A stretch of 24,280 nt of DNA, from assembly GCA_046757025.1 (NCBI GenBank), contig JBHHXN010000073.1:1-24280 (forward strand), given 5' to 3'. The notes beneath the pieces were generated by a model that saw only the letters and a list, made by a program, of their open reading frames with translations, did not search any database and was not told the origin of the DNA. This document shows, piece by piece, positions 8,705 to 19,800 of this stretch; within the stretch, counting starts at the first letter, position 1; the number at the start of each line of letters is the position of its first letter. The stretch is from a bacterium (GTDB lineage Bacteria; Zhuqueibacterota; Zhuqueibacteria; Oceanimicrobiales; Oceanimicrobiaceae). Both the position numbers and the translations under genes were made by a program.

Positions 8705-9337
8705 GTGAAAATGAACAAAAAAAATAAAGGCGAGAACACCCGACAGCAAATTGTAGAAAAGGCCACAACCCTTTTCACCAAAAATGGCTACAACCACACC
8801 TCGTTGAGCCAGATTTTAAAAGCCACCGGGCTGGCCAAAGGCGGCTTTTATTTTCATTTTAAGAGTAAAGAGGCGTTGGGGATGGCGGTGATTCAGTCGT
8901 TGGAAGATTGCTGGAAAAAGCAAATCTTACCGCAATTGCTGCGAGGTAAAAGCGCCAAAGAAAAATTAGATTTGATGTTTTCTTCTCCCGGTGATTGCAG
9001 CAGCTCGGAATTTCGACCGACCATGCTGCTGCTGATTCTGGCTACGGAAATGCTGGAAGTGAACGATAAGTTTTCCAAGATGCTGAGTCAGATCATCAAA
9101 GGGTGGTGGACCATGATCGAAGCCATCATTGAAGAAGGCAAGCTGGAAAAACTCTTTCGGGAAGAGATTGACGCCACGGCGGTGGCTGCCATCATTTTGA
9201 GCAACATCATGGGGGCGAATTTACTGGCCCTGCTCAACGGCAGCTCTGATATTTATTACAAACAACTCAGCTCGCTGAAATCGGTTTTATTTGAAGGCAT
9301 TTCAACTCGAAATGTGCCTTCCAATTTTGCGAACTAA
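8705..9337 (+). CDS. TetR/AcrR-family transcriptional regulator
   Basis: TRQQIVEKATTLFTKNGYNHTSLSQILKATGLAKGGFYFHFKSKEAL HTH. Start may be GTG 8705 or ATG 8711. Confidence 0.95.
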   Translation: MKMNKKNKGENTRQQIVEKATTLFTKNGYNHTSLSQILKATGLAKGGFYFHFKSKEALGMAVIQSLEDCWKKQILPQLLRGKSAKEKLDLMFSSPGDCSSSEFRPTMLLLILATEMLEVNDKFSKMLSQIIKGWWTMIEAIIEEGKLEKLFREEIDATAVAAIILSNIMGANLLALLNGSSDIYYKQLSSLKSVLFEGISTRNVPSNFAN

Positions 9338-9354
9338 TCATTTTCATAAAAAAT

Positions 9355-9368
9355 AGACCGATTGGTCT
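9355..9368. promoter_or_regulatory. Second TetR-type operator upstream of the ECF sigma gene
   Basis: AGACC-GATT-GGTCT, 13/14 identical to 8661-8674. Confidence 0.7.
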
Positions 9369-9388
9369 TTAATTTAAAGGTGGTTCAA

Positions 9389-9973
9389 ATGCAATTTTTA
9401 AAAACAAAATCTACAGAGCATCGATATGAGTTTGACATTCTTTTTCGTGAACAAGTTGACAATCTGTTTTCTCTGGCGCTGCGCATGACCCGCAATCCCA
9501 TGGACGCCGAAGATTTAGTCCAGGACACGGCTTTGAAAGCCTTTCGCTATTTTCGTAATTTTGAAAAAGGCACCAATTTTAAAGCGTGGATTTATCGAAT
9601 TCTGACAAACAATTTCATCAACAATTACCGCAAAAAAAAGAAAATGCCTACCCGTATTGAAATCGAAAACGTTTCCTTTAAATTGGAGCAGGAAGATGCC
9701 GGCTACTGGGATGATCTGGATGACCGCAGCAACGGCTTTGAATACGCCGATCTGTTCGACGATGAAATCAACGCCGCCATCGACAAATTGCCAGAAGAAT
9801 ACCGTATGGTGGTGATGTTTTCTGATGTGGAAGGATTGAGTTACAAAGAAATCGCCAAAATTATCGATCATCCCATCGGCACGGTGATGTCGAGGTTGCA
9901 CCGGGGCCGCAAGATGCTGCAAAAAAGTCTGAACAAATACGCCCGCGCCAACGGCTTTGGTCTGGCGGAATAA
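9389..9973 (+). CDS. ECF RNA polymerase sigma factor, SigR/SigH-like
   Basis: [32 protein letters not shown] and EGLSYKEIA...[16 protein letters not shown] 9389 with AAAGGTGG upstream is preferred over the tracked TTG 9362, which lies inside the operator. Confidence 0.93.
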   Translation: MQFLKTKSTEHRYEFDILFREQVDNLFSLALRMTRNPMDAEDLVQDTALKAFRYFRNFEKGTNFKAWIYRILTNNFINNYRKKKKMPTRIEIENVSFKLEQEDAGYWDDLDDRSNGFEYADLFDDEINAAIDKLPEEYRMVVMFSDVEGLSYKEIAKIIDHPIGTVMSRLHRGRKMLQKSLNKYARANGFGLAE

Positions 9974-10507
9974 ACGAAATTCAGGCAAATCCCCCCATGC
10001 AAATCGGCGTTTCAAATCCGGTGTTTTTCATGGTTTCTGCTCTCAGTGAATAGGTTGCGACGTCCTCGGATTGAAATGGCAGATGGATTTTTGAACGCCG
10101 GTTTACACCCCTTTTAGTTGAAATGAACCCTAATGCAGCGAAAAGCCGCAAACCGAAAAGCGAAATTCGCAAAAAGGAATTCCGGAGTTGGCTTGTCTAT
10201 TTCAAAATCTATAGACGACGAATTTCGGATTCCGGTTTTCGATTTTTATTTTTCTTGGCAAAAAAATGCAAAAATTCAGTGTTAATACTATAAAGCTCCT
10301 CTGCTGTATTTTCCCACAACGAAAGTTCTGTTAATTTGCCGGCCATTTGATCGAGATTTTTTCCTTGTGAAAGAATTTTAAATCCCTAAATTTGTTGGGT
10401 ATGTTTTTAGACGGTAAGCTGCGATGTGACGCTGGCCAAGCCTCTGTTCATCCAAAAGCTTGACCAGGAATTGTGGTGTGATCGAAAGTCTAAAATGAGG
10501 GCTTTGC

Positions 10508-11974
10508 ATGAAAATCTGTTTTGCAATCAGCGAGTGTGTGCCGTTCATTAAAACCGGCGGGCTGGCCGATGTGGGCGGGGCTCTGCCAAAAGCGCTGGCA
10601 GACGCCGGCTGCGAGGTAAAAGTGTTTCTACCCCTGTATGCGGCGGTCAATATTCTGGAGCATGAATTGGTTTTTGTGGAAGCGCTGCAAAATGTGCCGG
10701 TACAGGTCGCCGGCAAAACCGTCGCTTTTAATGTCTGGTGCGGAAATTTGCCGGAATCGGACGTGCCGGTATATTTCATCGAGTGTCCGGCCTATTTTCA
10801 GCGACCCGAAATTTACACGCGCCATGCGGATGAAGACGAGCGCTTTATCTTTTTTCAACTGGCTATCCTTGCGGTCATGCAGCGACTGCAATGGTCGCCG
10901 GACCTCGTTCATTGCAACGACTGGCAGACGGCGCTGCTGCCGGTTTATTTGAAAATAAATTTCTCCTTGGACAAACTTTTTGCCCAGACCGCGACCATGC
11001 TTTCCATCCACAACATCGGCTATCAGGGGCGATTTCCGAAGGAGTCGCTGCATCGGGCGGGCTTGCCCGATGAACATTTTTATCCCGGCGGTCCGTTTGA
11101 AATCGATGAAAAATTCTGCTTTCTGAAGGCCGGTCTGATGTTCGCGGATGTGATTACCACCGTCAGCGAAACCTATGCTCAGGAGATTCAAACGCACACG
11201 TACGGCGCGGGCCTGGATGGCGTGCTGGCCAATCGCAAACAGGATTTGTTCGGCATTCTTAACGGCATCGACACCCGAGAGTGGAACCCGAAAATCGACT
11301 TAAGACTTCCGTTTCGGTATTCGCTCAGGAATATAGACAACAAACTAAAAAATAAGCGAGCGCTGCTCAGTTACGTGCAACTGCCCTTCGATGAAAACAT
11401 CGCGACCATCGGCATGGTGACGCGCCTGGTGGCTCAGAAGGGTTTGGAGCTGCTGCCACCCATCATAGAGGCGCTGATGCGGCTGCCTTTGCAGTTGGTG
11501 ATCCTGGGCAGCGGCGAGATGGAATACGAATTTTTTCTACAGCGCACCGCGCAAACTTTTCCTTTCCAATTTCACGCTACCATCGGGTATGATCACGATT
11601 TGAGTCATTTGATCACCGCGGGCTGCGACCTCTTTCTCATGCCGTCGCGATACGAACCCTGCGGCCTCAATCAGATGTACAGTTTGAACTACGGTACCGT
11701 GCCCATCGTCCGCAAAACCGGCGGGCTGGCTGACACGGTACACGATTATCATGAATTTTATGAAGAAGGAAACGGGTTTTCATTTCAGGAGTATTCTGCA
11801 CATTCGCTACTGCTCACCGTGCGCCGGGCGCTGGATGTGTTCCCCGACAAAAAGGTCTGGAAAAAAATCATGAAGCGAGGCATGCAACAAGATTTTTCCT
11901 GGGATGCTTCGGCAAAACGATATGTTGAATTGTATAGAAAAACAAAAAAAAGACTGCAAAAAGTCAGTTACTGA
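10508..11974 (+). CDS. glgA: Glycogen synthase (GT5)
   Basis: KTGGLADV, HCNDWQT, IHNIGYQG, GILNGID, MPSRYEPCGLNQMY, RKTGGLADTV. Confidence 0.96.
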   Translation: MKICFAISECVPFIKTGGLADVGGALPKALADAGCEVKVFLPLYAAVNILEHELVFVEALQNVPVQVAGKTVAFNVWCGNLPESDVPVYFIECPAYFQRPEIYTRHADEDERFIFFQLAILAVMQRLQWSPDLVHCNDWQTALLPVYLKINFSLDKLFAQTATMLSIHNIGYQGRFPKESLHRAGLPDEHFYPGGPFEIDEKFCFLKAGLMFADVITTVSETYAQEIQTHTYGAGLDGVLANRKQDLFGILNGIDTREWNPKIDLRLPFRYSLRNIDNKLKNKRALLSYVQLPFDENIATIGMVTRLVAQKGLELLPPIIEALMRLPLQLVILGSGEMEYEFFLQRTAQTFPFQFHATIGYDHDLSHLITAGCDLFLMPSRYEPCGLNQMYSLNYGTVPIVRKTGGLADTVHDYHEFYEEGNGFSFQEYSAHSLLLTVRRALDVFPDKKVWKKIMKRGMQQDFSWDASAKRYVELYRKTKKRLQKVSY

Positions 11975-12099
11975 AAAATCGCCTATTTCTTTTAGAGACT
12001 CAAAATGCGCCAATTGGACTAAACCACTTGGATTGCCGGATATGAAGTAAATTTGTGAAAGTATCTTCAACAGGCGTGCTCATATTACAATTATTTCTC

Positions 12100-12128
12100 T
12101 TGACACACGCGGGGAAAATGATTATTAT
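12100..12128 (+). promoter_or_regulatory. Sigma70-type promoter of fbaB
   Basis: TTGACA (12100-12105), 17 bp, TATTAT (12123-12128). Confidence 0.65.
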
Positions 12129-12273
12129 TTACTCATCTACGTTTCATCTTCGGCAAGAACACAAAACGATTTAAACGGGACAAATTTTTCAATTTTTAAA
12201 AATACGGTTGCCATCGCCTTGCCGGTGACCGGAACAGCCTTAAACAGAAACTCTAAAATTGGAGAAACTGCGT

Positions 12274-13332
12274 ATGGATACAAACAAAAATGTCGTTGAG
12301 CTACTGGATGGAGATGATGTCAAGCTTCTCGAACATAGATGCAACACCATCCCCAGGGAGCAGCTGCAGATTCCCGGACCGGATTTTGTGGACAGGGTGT
12401 ATGCTCAGTCCGACCGCTCGAATCGCGTGCTGAGAAATTTGCAAGCGCTGTTTGATCACGGTCGTCTTGCCGGCACCGGCTATCTTTCCATTCTGCCGGT
12501 CGATCAAGGCATCGAGCATTCGGCCGGCGCCTCGTTTGCGCCCAACCCCATCTATTTTGATCCGGAAAACATCGTCAAACTGGCGGTGGAAGGCGGCTGC
12601 AATGCCGTGGCTTCCACGCTGGGTGTGCTGGGGCTGGTTTCTCGCAAGTACGCTCACAAGATTCCATTTATCGTCAAAATTAACCACAACGATCTGTTGA
12701 CCTATCCCACGGTTTATGATCAGACGCTTTATGCCAGCGTGGATCAGGCTTTCAACATGGGCGCGGTGGCGGTAGGAGCCACGGTTTACTACGGTTCACA
12801 AGAGTCGCGCCGTCAACTGCAGGAAATCTCCGAAGCGTTCGAGCATGCCCACAATCTGGGCTTGTTTACGGTCTTGTGGTGCTACCTGAGAAATTCCAGC
12901 TTTAAAAAAGATGGCAGGGATTATCACGATTCCGCCGATCTGACCGGCCAGGCCAACCACATGGGCGTCACCATAGAAGCTGACATCGTCAAACAAAAGC
13001 AGCCTGGCTCCAATAACGGTTTTACAGCCATCAACTTCGGCAAAACGCATCCGCTGGTGTACGAAAAACTCACCACCGACAATCCCATCGACCTGACGCG
13101 CTACCAGGTGGCCAATTGCTACATGGGCCGAATTGGCTTGCTTAATTCCGGCGGGCCTTCCGGTAAAAACGATCTGCAGCAGGCGGTGAAAACCGCGGTA
13201 ATCAACAAGCGTGCCGGCGGCGTCGGCATCATCTCCGGCCGCAAAGCCTTCCAGAAACCCATGAGCGAAGGCGTGACGTTACTGAATGCCATTCAGGATG
13301 TGTATTTGAACAAAGACATCACCGTCGCCTGA
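12274..13332 (+). CDS. fbaB: Class I fructose-bisphosphate aldolase (DhnA/FbaB type)
   Basis: [33 protein letters not shown] Schiff-base lysine, NKRAGG...SGRKAFQ. ATG 12274 with GGAG upstream is preferred. Confidence 0.96.
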   Translation: MDTNKNVVELLDGDDVKLLEHRCNTIPREQLQIPGPDFVDRVYAQSDRSNRVLRNLQALFDHGRLAGTGYLSILPVDQGIEHSAGASFAPNPIYFDPENIVKLAVEGGCNAVASTLGVLGLVSRKYAHKIPFIVKINHNDLLTYPTVYDQTLYASVDQAFNMGAVAVGATVYYGSQESRRQLQEISEAFEHAHNLGLFTVLWCYLRNSSFKKDGRDYHDSADLTGQANHMGVTIEADIVKQKQPGSNNGFTAINFGKTHPLVYEKLTTDNPIDLTRYQVANCYMGRIGLLNSGGPSGKNDLQQAVKTAVINKRAGGVGIISGRKAFQKPMSEGVTLLNAIQDVYLNKDITVA

Positions 13333-13361
13333 TCTCACATGGTAAAAAATCTAATCTGATT

Positions 13362-13410
13362 GACTTCACTCAGAAGAGTAATTTGCGTAATCAATTTTCT
13401 GAGTGAAGTC
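13362..13410 (+). terminator. Long hairpin after fbaB (terminator or stabiliser)
   Basis: 14-bp perfect stem GACTTCACTCAGAA / TTCTGAGTGAAGTC followed by a T-rich tract. Confidence 0.55.
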
Positions 13411-13502
13411 TTCAATGTTTTTCAATCTTTCACGAACCTGAATTGAACGATATAAGCTTATATTAGCTTGCAAACACTTAAGCATTGGGTGTTTACGCTT
13501 TA

Positions 13503-13676
13503 GAACTTGTGTGAAAAGTAGCTAGAGGTAGCTCTAAACTCAAAAACGCGTAGATGTCATTCCCCGCCTTGCAGGGCAGGCTGGAAGAATCTTTTTAATA
13601 AACAGCGCTTTACGTCCAAATAAAAAAGCTTCTTACAGAATGACAGAAGGGTAGTCGCGCGTTTTCACACAGACTC
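13503..13676 (+). mobile_element. MITE family B inserted in a REP-like hairpin
   Basis: TIRs GAACTTGTGTGAAAA / TTTTCACACAGACTC, 4-bp TSD TTTA; reconstructed empty site GTGTTTACGC-TTTA-GCGTG. Confidence 0.8.
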
Positions 13677-13886
13677 TTTAGCGTGCTATCTCCCCTTACC
13701 CCGGCAAGCCCCGATTCCCAAATCCAATTGTAGCGGGGCTTGACATGCCAAACGTTATTCATTCTCTGAATCAGGTTGATTGGCTAGATTTCGCAAATAT
13801 TCGTTGAATTTATCTCAAATTATTATTAGTTTTTTCTGCGTTCATTGCTGCGCATTAAATTCTAAATTGATCAGTCAGAGTGTCGC

Positions 13887-15062
13887 ATGGAAACAAAATC
13901 CGCCAATCAGCGAAAATCCGAACAAAAGCATAAACGACAGCAAGCTTTGCAGAAATTGCGGGCTGAAAAATTCAGCCGCAATTACCTGCTGATTTTGCTG
14001 GCGCTCATCATGATTTTGTTTTTTAATTTGATCAAAATATTTTTAGTCACCCTGCTGCTGGCGGCGGTGTTTACGGGTTTGTTTTATCCGATGTATCGGC
14101 GCTTTCTCGGCTATTTTCGCAACAACAAATCTTTGAGTGCGGTTCTCTGTTGTTTGACTCTGCTGTTGGGACTGTTAATCCCCATCTATATATTAGCCGA
14201 TCTGGTTTCCCAGGAAGCCATCGATTTATTTAATACCGCGGTGCCCAAAATTCAGGAAATCGTCGAAAAAGGGGACGAGGGATTGCTGGGCAAAATCAAG
14301 AACCTGCCTGCGGTCAAGCTCGTCAAACTCGATGAGGTCGATTGGCAGGCCTCGCTCCAGGATATCGCAAAAAACACCGGCAACATCATCGCCACTGCCA
14401 TCAATAAAACCTCCCGCGGCACGTTTCAGGTGGTGACCAATCTGTTTGTGACCCTGTTCACCATGTTTTACTTTTTCAGAGACGGCGACCGGCTCATCGA
14501 ACGCATCAAATATCTGAGTCCTCTGGATGACGATTACGAAGAGGCGTTGATCGAGCGCTTTGTGTCGGTGTCACGCGCTACCATCAAGGGCACTTTGCTG
14601 ATCGGCGTGGCGCAGGGCACCCTGGGTGGACTCACGTTCTGGCTGTTCAACATCGGTTCGCCGATTTTGTGGGGCGTGGTCATGGTTATTTTATCGATCA
14701 TCCCGTTGGTGGGTTCATGGCTGGTTTTGTATCCCGCAGCCTTTATTCAGTTGATCATCGGCAATGTGTGGAGCGGTATTGCGATCATCCTGATCACCGT
14801 GATTATTATCTCCAACGTGGATACTGTTTTGCGGCCACGACTGGTGGGAAGGGAAACCGGCATGCACGATTTGATGATTTTCTTCTCCACGCTGGGAGGC
14901 ATCAGCGTTTTCGGTATCATGGGGTTCATCATCGGCCCGGTGATTGCAGCGTTCTTTTTAACCATATTGGATATTTACAGTATCGAGTTCAAATCCACCT
15001 TAACTATTGCGCAGAAAAGTAGTCGGGAAGAACCCCTGACTGAGAAAAAGGTGGCGCCGTAA
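13887..15062 (+). CDS. AI-2E family transporter (UPF0118)
   Basis: Multi-TM protein with FYFFRDG, IPLVGSWLVLYP, DTVLRPRLVG, GGISVFGIMGFIIGP. Confidence 0.92.
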   Translation: METKSANQRKSEQKHKRQQALQKLRAEKFSRNYLLILLALIMILFFNLIKIFLVTLLLAAVFTGLFYPMYRRFLGYFRNNKSLSAVLCCLTLLLGLLIPIYILADLVSQEAIDLFNTAVPKIQEIVEKGDEGLLGKIKNLPAVKLVKLDEVDWQASLQDIAKNTGNIIATAINKTSRGTFQVVTNLFVTLFTMFYFFRDGDRLIERIKYLSPLDDDYEEALIERFVSVSRATIKGTLLIGVAQGTLGGLTFWLFNIGSPILWGVVMVILSIIPLVGSWLVLYPAAFIQLIIGNVWSGIAIILITVIIISNVDTVLRPRLVGRETGMHDLMIFFSTLGGISVFGIMGFIIGPVIAAFFLTILDIYSIEFKSTLTIAQKSSREEPLTEKKVAP

Positions 15063-15147
15063 AAAAATAAAGATTGAACACGGGAATTCAGCCTCATGCA
15101 TTTTGGCCTGATTATTAAATCGGAATGGATTTGATTGGAGTAAAATT

Positions 15148-15660
15148 ATGAAAAAAAACCTGTTGGTCCTGGCGGTTGTATGTATAGTTTGTGCGCCTGA
15201 AGTAAGAGCACAGGGGGTTAATTTGGCGTTGTTAGCCGGCAACGGTTTTAAAGACGGCTACAATCTTGGATTTGGTGGCCGGGCCGGAGCCCAAATTCCG
15301 TTAAATGGGCGTTCGGTTTATTTTGGCGGCCGGGCGGTGTTTCACCAGGGGACCGATATTTTTAACAACGTCTTCTCACAGGACCTGAAAACCAAAGTGC
15401 AATATTTTGGCGGCGAATTGGGAATCGTGCTCTTTTCAATGGGAGTCAAAATCGTGGCTACCGGCGTGGTGGGTTCGGCTGAAATTAGCTCGGAGGTGCC
15501 GCAAGCAGATAAACAGCGTGAACGCAAACTGTTCCTTTCGCCGGGGGTGATTTTGTCGGTACCTGTGGGCGGTTTTGTCGTGAGCGCCGATGTGCGCTAT
15601 CTCAACGTCAGCGATTTCAAGGCGCTGGCTGCCTATGTTGCTGTCGGTGTGGGATTGTGA
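15148..15660 (+). CDS. Small outer-membrane beta-barrel protein
   Basis: Signal peptide ending VRA|Q, about 8 alternating amphipathic strands, GGAG RBS. Confidence 0.75.
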   Translation: MKKNLLVLAVVCIVCAPEVRAQGVNLALLAGNGFKDGYNLGFGGRAGAQIPLNGRSVYFGGRAVFHQGTDIFNNVFSQDLKTKVQYFGGELGIVLFSMGVKIVATGVVGSAEISSEVPQADKQRERKLFLSPGVILSVPVGGFVVSADVRYLNVSDFKALAAYVAVGVGL

Positions 15661-15717
15661 TTGTGATTTCCGCATGAGTTGATTTAATCGATTGCGTCGT
15701 TTTCAGCGAGTGTCAAA

Positions 15718-16539
15718 ATGAAAATCAGCAAAATAAAGACAAGGTATTTGCTTATCCATGCAGCCATTCTCAGTTTGTTGCTGTTCGATTACTGCGCACA
15801 CAATGATGAGGATGAAAGTCAGCGTTACCCATCCCAGAATCAACCGCCCAGCATCAGCCTGTTGAGCGAGCCGTTTGTGCGCGACGTTTCCACGTCTCAA
15901 ACTCACACCCGGCCGAAAAATGAAAAATTTAAAGTGCATTCGCCGACGCTAAAGGCGGCTACGCTGCCCCTCGAAGAAAATTCCTTTATAAATGTGACCA
16001 TCGACCTGCAGGTGACAAACGAAGGGCCTGCGGTGGCGAATATACTTCTATTCGTAAGCACGGACACGCTGGTGGAAATCCAGGATCTGCGAGAATTTTT
16101 ACTTGGCGACCTGTCGCATTTATATTTGAATTACCGAGTAAACGTCATCGCTACTGATGATATGAATCTTCTGCTGCCGGAACGCAAAAACAGCCTTCAT
16201 CTCGATTTTATTCATACGCTAAAGTTTAAATCGGGAAAGCCGTTCAAACTGCACTATCTGATTGTGTACGAAGACGAAAACGGCACCATCTATGATACAT
16301 ATTTCTGGGCGGCTTACCGTTTCCGAAATATCCGCGACACAGGCGTGGTGTATTTCAACGGTCGTAGCCTCCATGAAAAACCCTTTTTGTACAAAGAGCT
16401 TTCAGTAGCTCTGCAGGATAAGGATGTGATTTATTTGAATCATTCCGGATTATCCCACCATGTATACGATGCCAGCCGGGGACAAAATATCCGCAAAAGG
16501 ATTTTAAATTTAAGCAAGTTGTTGGCACAGGGGGACTGA
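15718..16539 (+). CDS. Hypothetical exported protein or possible lipoprotein
   Basis: 273-aa ORF; basic N-terminus, hydrophobic stretch, then Cys (weak lipobox); beta-rich body; no family recognised. Confidence 0.65.
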   Translation: MKISKIKTRYLLIHAAILSLLLFDYCAHNDEDESQRYPSQNQPPSISLLSEPFVRDVSTSQTHTRPKNEKFKVHSPTLKAATLPLEENSFINVTIDLQVTNEGPAVANILLFVSTDTLVEIQDLREFLLGDLSHLYLNYRVNVIATDDMNLLLPERKNSLHLDFIHTLKFKSGKPFKLHYLIVYEDENGTIYDTYFWAAYRFRNIRDTGVVYFNGRSLHEKPFLYKELSVALQDKDVIYLNHSGLSHHVYDASRGQNIRKRILNLSKLLAQGD

Positions 16540-16778
16540 CAGCGCTCGACTGAATATTTACCCCTCTATCTAGCCCAAAGCTGCAAAGCAAGTAGATTTT
16601 GTTTCCCAATCGCACTCGAGTGGTTGGTAGATTCGTAGGTTCTGGATTTCTCAGAGATGGTCTCTGACTTTTTTATTCGTCATTACACATGTTATTGACG
16701 TGTGTTTGCAACTGATTTTACTATGATTCCTGCTTTAGATATTAATAAGTTTCACATATTTTTGATAAGAATTAAAAG

Positions 16779-16821
16779 AAAAAACCCTGTCGGGATGAGC
16801 CAGATCCTCGACAGGGTTTTT
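16779..16821. terminator. Bidirectional rho-independent terminator
   Basis: AAAAAACCCTGTCG-GGATGAGCCAGATCCT-CGACAGGGTTTTT between convergent genes. Confidence 0.85.
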
Positions 16822-16839
16822 CAGGTTGAATGATCCGGT

Positions 16840-19800
16840 TTACTTAATGAACAGGAGTTTCTTAGACAGAATTTGTTCGTGCCCACTGGTGAAGATGACA
16901 TGCAATCGATAGAAATAAGGCCCACTGGCTGCTTCTTTCGGCTGCCATTGCACGACATGCTTACCCGCTTTTCTCGGCTCTGAAAGCAGGATCTCCACTT
17001 TTTGTCCGAGAATATTGAAAATTTCCAATTTGACTTTTCCATCCTGTGGCAAATTGAATTGAATGTTGGTTACCGGATTAAACGGGTTGGGATAGTTCTG
17101 CCACAATTGAATTTGCGATGGAATAGGATCGAGGCGTTCCCGCACACCGGTGGTCAAATTGGGTTTGGCGGTAATTTCATAGAAGCCTGAGGAAGAGCCC
17201 ATGGTTAAGTCGTCGTAAAGCAGGGTATGGGTTAACTCGCCGGGATAGCCTCTGAACAGCGTGGTGGCGGAATCGGCGATGGCGTCGTACACCAGAATGT
17301 CCCGCCGGACGGCGAAGTAGATGCTGTCCGGGTGATGTTTGTTTATGGCCACGGCTTCAAAAGCGCCTTCCCGGGCGCCCACGGCCTGCATGCTGATGGA
17401 TTCCAGAGTGTGACCGCCGTCAAAGGAGCGCACGATGGCGTTGCTGAGATTTTCCCCGCATGCCAGGTAAAGCGTGTCAAGACTGCCGGGTTTGACCACC
17501 ATTTCGTTTACCGGCAGAGGAAAAGGCGCCGGATTAAACGTACCTTTGGGTGTTAGCGCCGTGCGCTGCCAGGTAACGCCGCGGTCCAGGGATTTGTACA
17601 CCGCGCCGGAGTCGATGGAAGAGGGATTGCCGTCTGGTGGGCCGGACACCGCTCCGCCGCCGGCATACAGAACCAGCGAATCCTTCGCAGCATTCCAGGC
17701 CGCGATCACGGTTTTAAAATTGTGATTACCAGCCTGTGGCATGGTCGACCAGCTAAACCCACCAGTGGTACTCAAAATCAGAGCGCCATAAAGCATATTT
17801 TCACAGTGAATGGAAGCTATGACGCTGTCGCTGGTGATAAACGTGATCTGGCTGACTCTGCCACCCTGGCCTTTGAATTTCGGTTCATCCAGCCCGGCCA
17901 CATTATGGTAGGCTGTTTCAGTCCAGTCGTTGTTTGTAAAACCACCGTTTTGTGTTACAAAAATGGCATTTCCGTTGGCAGCTATAACATGATCGGTGTT
18001 ATTGGGATCGATTGCAATAGCCGTAAAGCCGGTGTTGCCGCCATTGTTCGGATTGATGGGATAATTGCCGTGAGGCGACTGCCATTTTTCGACCTCAGTT
18101 AGAGTGGTGTCGGTAAATTTTGAAGTGTAAGCTATGCCGACACTGGTGGCCAGATACACTTTATCCATGTCGTTTGGCACCTGTGCAATATCCCAGATAG
18201 TGATGCCTTCGATGCCGGTAGGAACAAAGAGATAGGTTCCATCGAGGCCGGTGGTGGAACGAGCCGGTGCGCCGTCGCCCTGACTGAAATAAATGTCGGT
18301 GTTCGGGATGTGCCCCAATCCGGCGTTGGCGTTGGACACTCTGGGCACAAACGGATCGCTTTGCGGTTCAAAACTTACCCAGGAATCTCCCAGATCGTCG
18401 GAGTATTTGTTTTCCCCTACCATGATCAGACGGAGGTTGTCGGGCCCCGGAAAATTGGGATTCTGATAGAGTTTGGGCGCCGGCACTCCAAACGGATTGG
18501 TAGCGGTGTAAACCTGTGTCCAGGTGACGCCGTCGTCATACGAACGCCATAATCCACTCAGATGCGGTTTGCCCGGATCCACTGCCGCCACCCAGAGCGT
18601 GTCGCAGGCGTCGGGATGGGTGACCACGTCCATGACGCTTTCAACTTCATCTACGCCGTTCGATACGTGCAGTTCAGTGAAGGTGACGCCGTCTTCGGTT
18701 TTGTAGAAACCTTCAGTGGGTCCACCGTGCCAACTGTCGGTTAAAGTCACAAAAAAGCTGTTTCCTGTTGGGTTGCTTCGACATAGTTCAAGTGCGCCAA
18801 TATGTTTGTAAGAAGAGCGCGCGCTGACGTCTGGTACCACGCTGATGTCCCAGGTGCGGCCAGCGTCCGTTGTGCGAAATACAAAATTGTTGGTACTCAC
18901 CAGCGCCACCGGTCCTTGAGCACATATTTTTTCCACGGCGTAAGGGCCGGTGAGATCGTTTCCGAATTTCGCCTGCAGCTCTTTTTGTAGTAAATAGGCG
19001 TCCATGAGCGTGCGCCAATTTTGACCGTCTTCAGAAACCTGTGCCCCGGTGAGGGTGCCTGCCTCCTGGTTGTTGCGGGCGTAGCAATAGCCATCCGAAG
19101 CCTGTACCTGCATGCCTCTGCCGCCAAATCCGCGGGTAGTCATATCCGTGATAAATTCTAGGGAGTCTGTGGGAAAAGCCGCAGTCCAGGTCAATCCGCT
19201 GTCAGCCGACATGAAGAGCGACTGCGGAGCGGCGACCGCCGCCAGCACCACACCGTGAACCTCATCAAACGCCATATCCAGCACGTAACCGCCATACAAG
19301 CCCAGATTTTTTCGGCCTTCGGTGGTGGCGGTAGCTGGCGGAATGAACGGTGGGGGCGGCGGCCCACCGCCGTCGTCTCCCAGCATAATTTTGCCGGGGT
19401 GCACGGCCATGGGATCGAGCGGGATTTCGACGCCCTGTGCGGTGAGGATGACGTGATCCGCCATCACCAGCACCTCGCCCTGGGGCGGGGTTTCGGGTTT
19501 CACTTTGCCAGTAAACGACGCCAGAACCAGCGGCTGCAGTCCGTCGTGCGTGAGATAAGTGCCGGCGGGCGCCTGCAGGTCGAACGACAGGGAGTCGCCA
19601 CTCACTTGCGTATTGAAGCTCCAGCCGTTGAGTTCTGGTGCCAGGATGTGTCCCTGCTCGGCCCATTCCAGCAGCGGCGGCATGGCTCTGACCACGGCGC
19701 GAAGGCGGCTGAGCTGGGAATCGGCCGGTACCTCGGCCACGACGGCCAAGTCCACGATGAAATTGGAGTCGGGTTTGGAAAAAGTATCGAGAAAGGTGAA

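Noticed and set aside
10000..10030. Possible tRNA-Sec (TTCAAATCCG resembles the UCA anticodon arm)
   Set aside because: No acceptor stem, T-loop (GTTCGA) or paired anticodon stem. GGAAGATG near 3272 likewise has no tRNA fold. No selC was found in the window.
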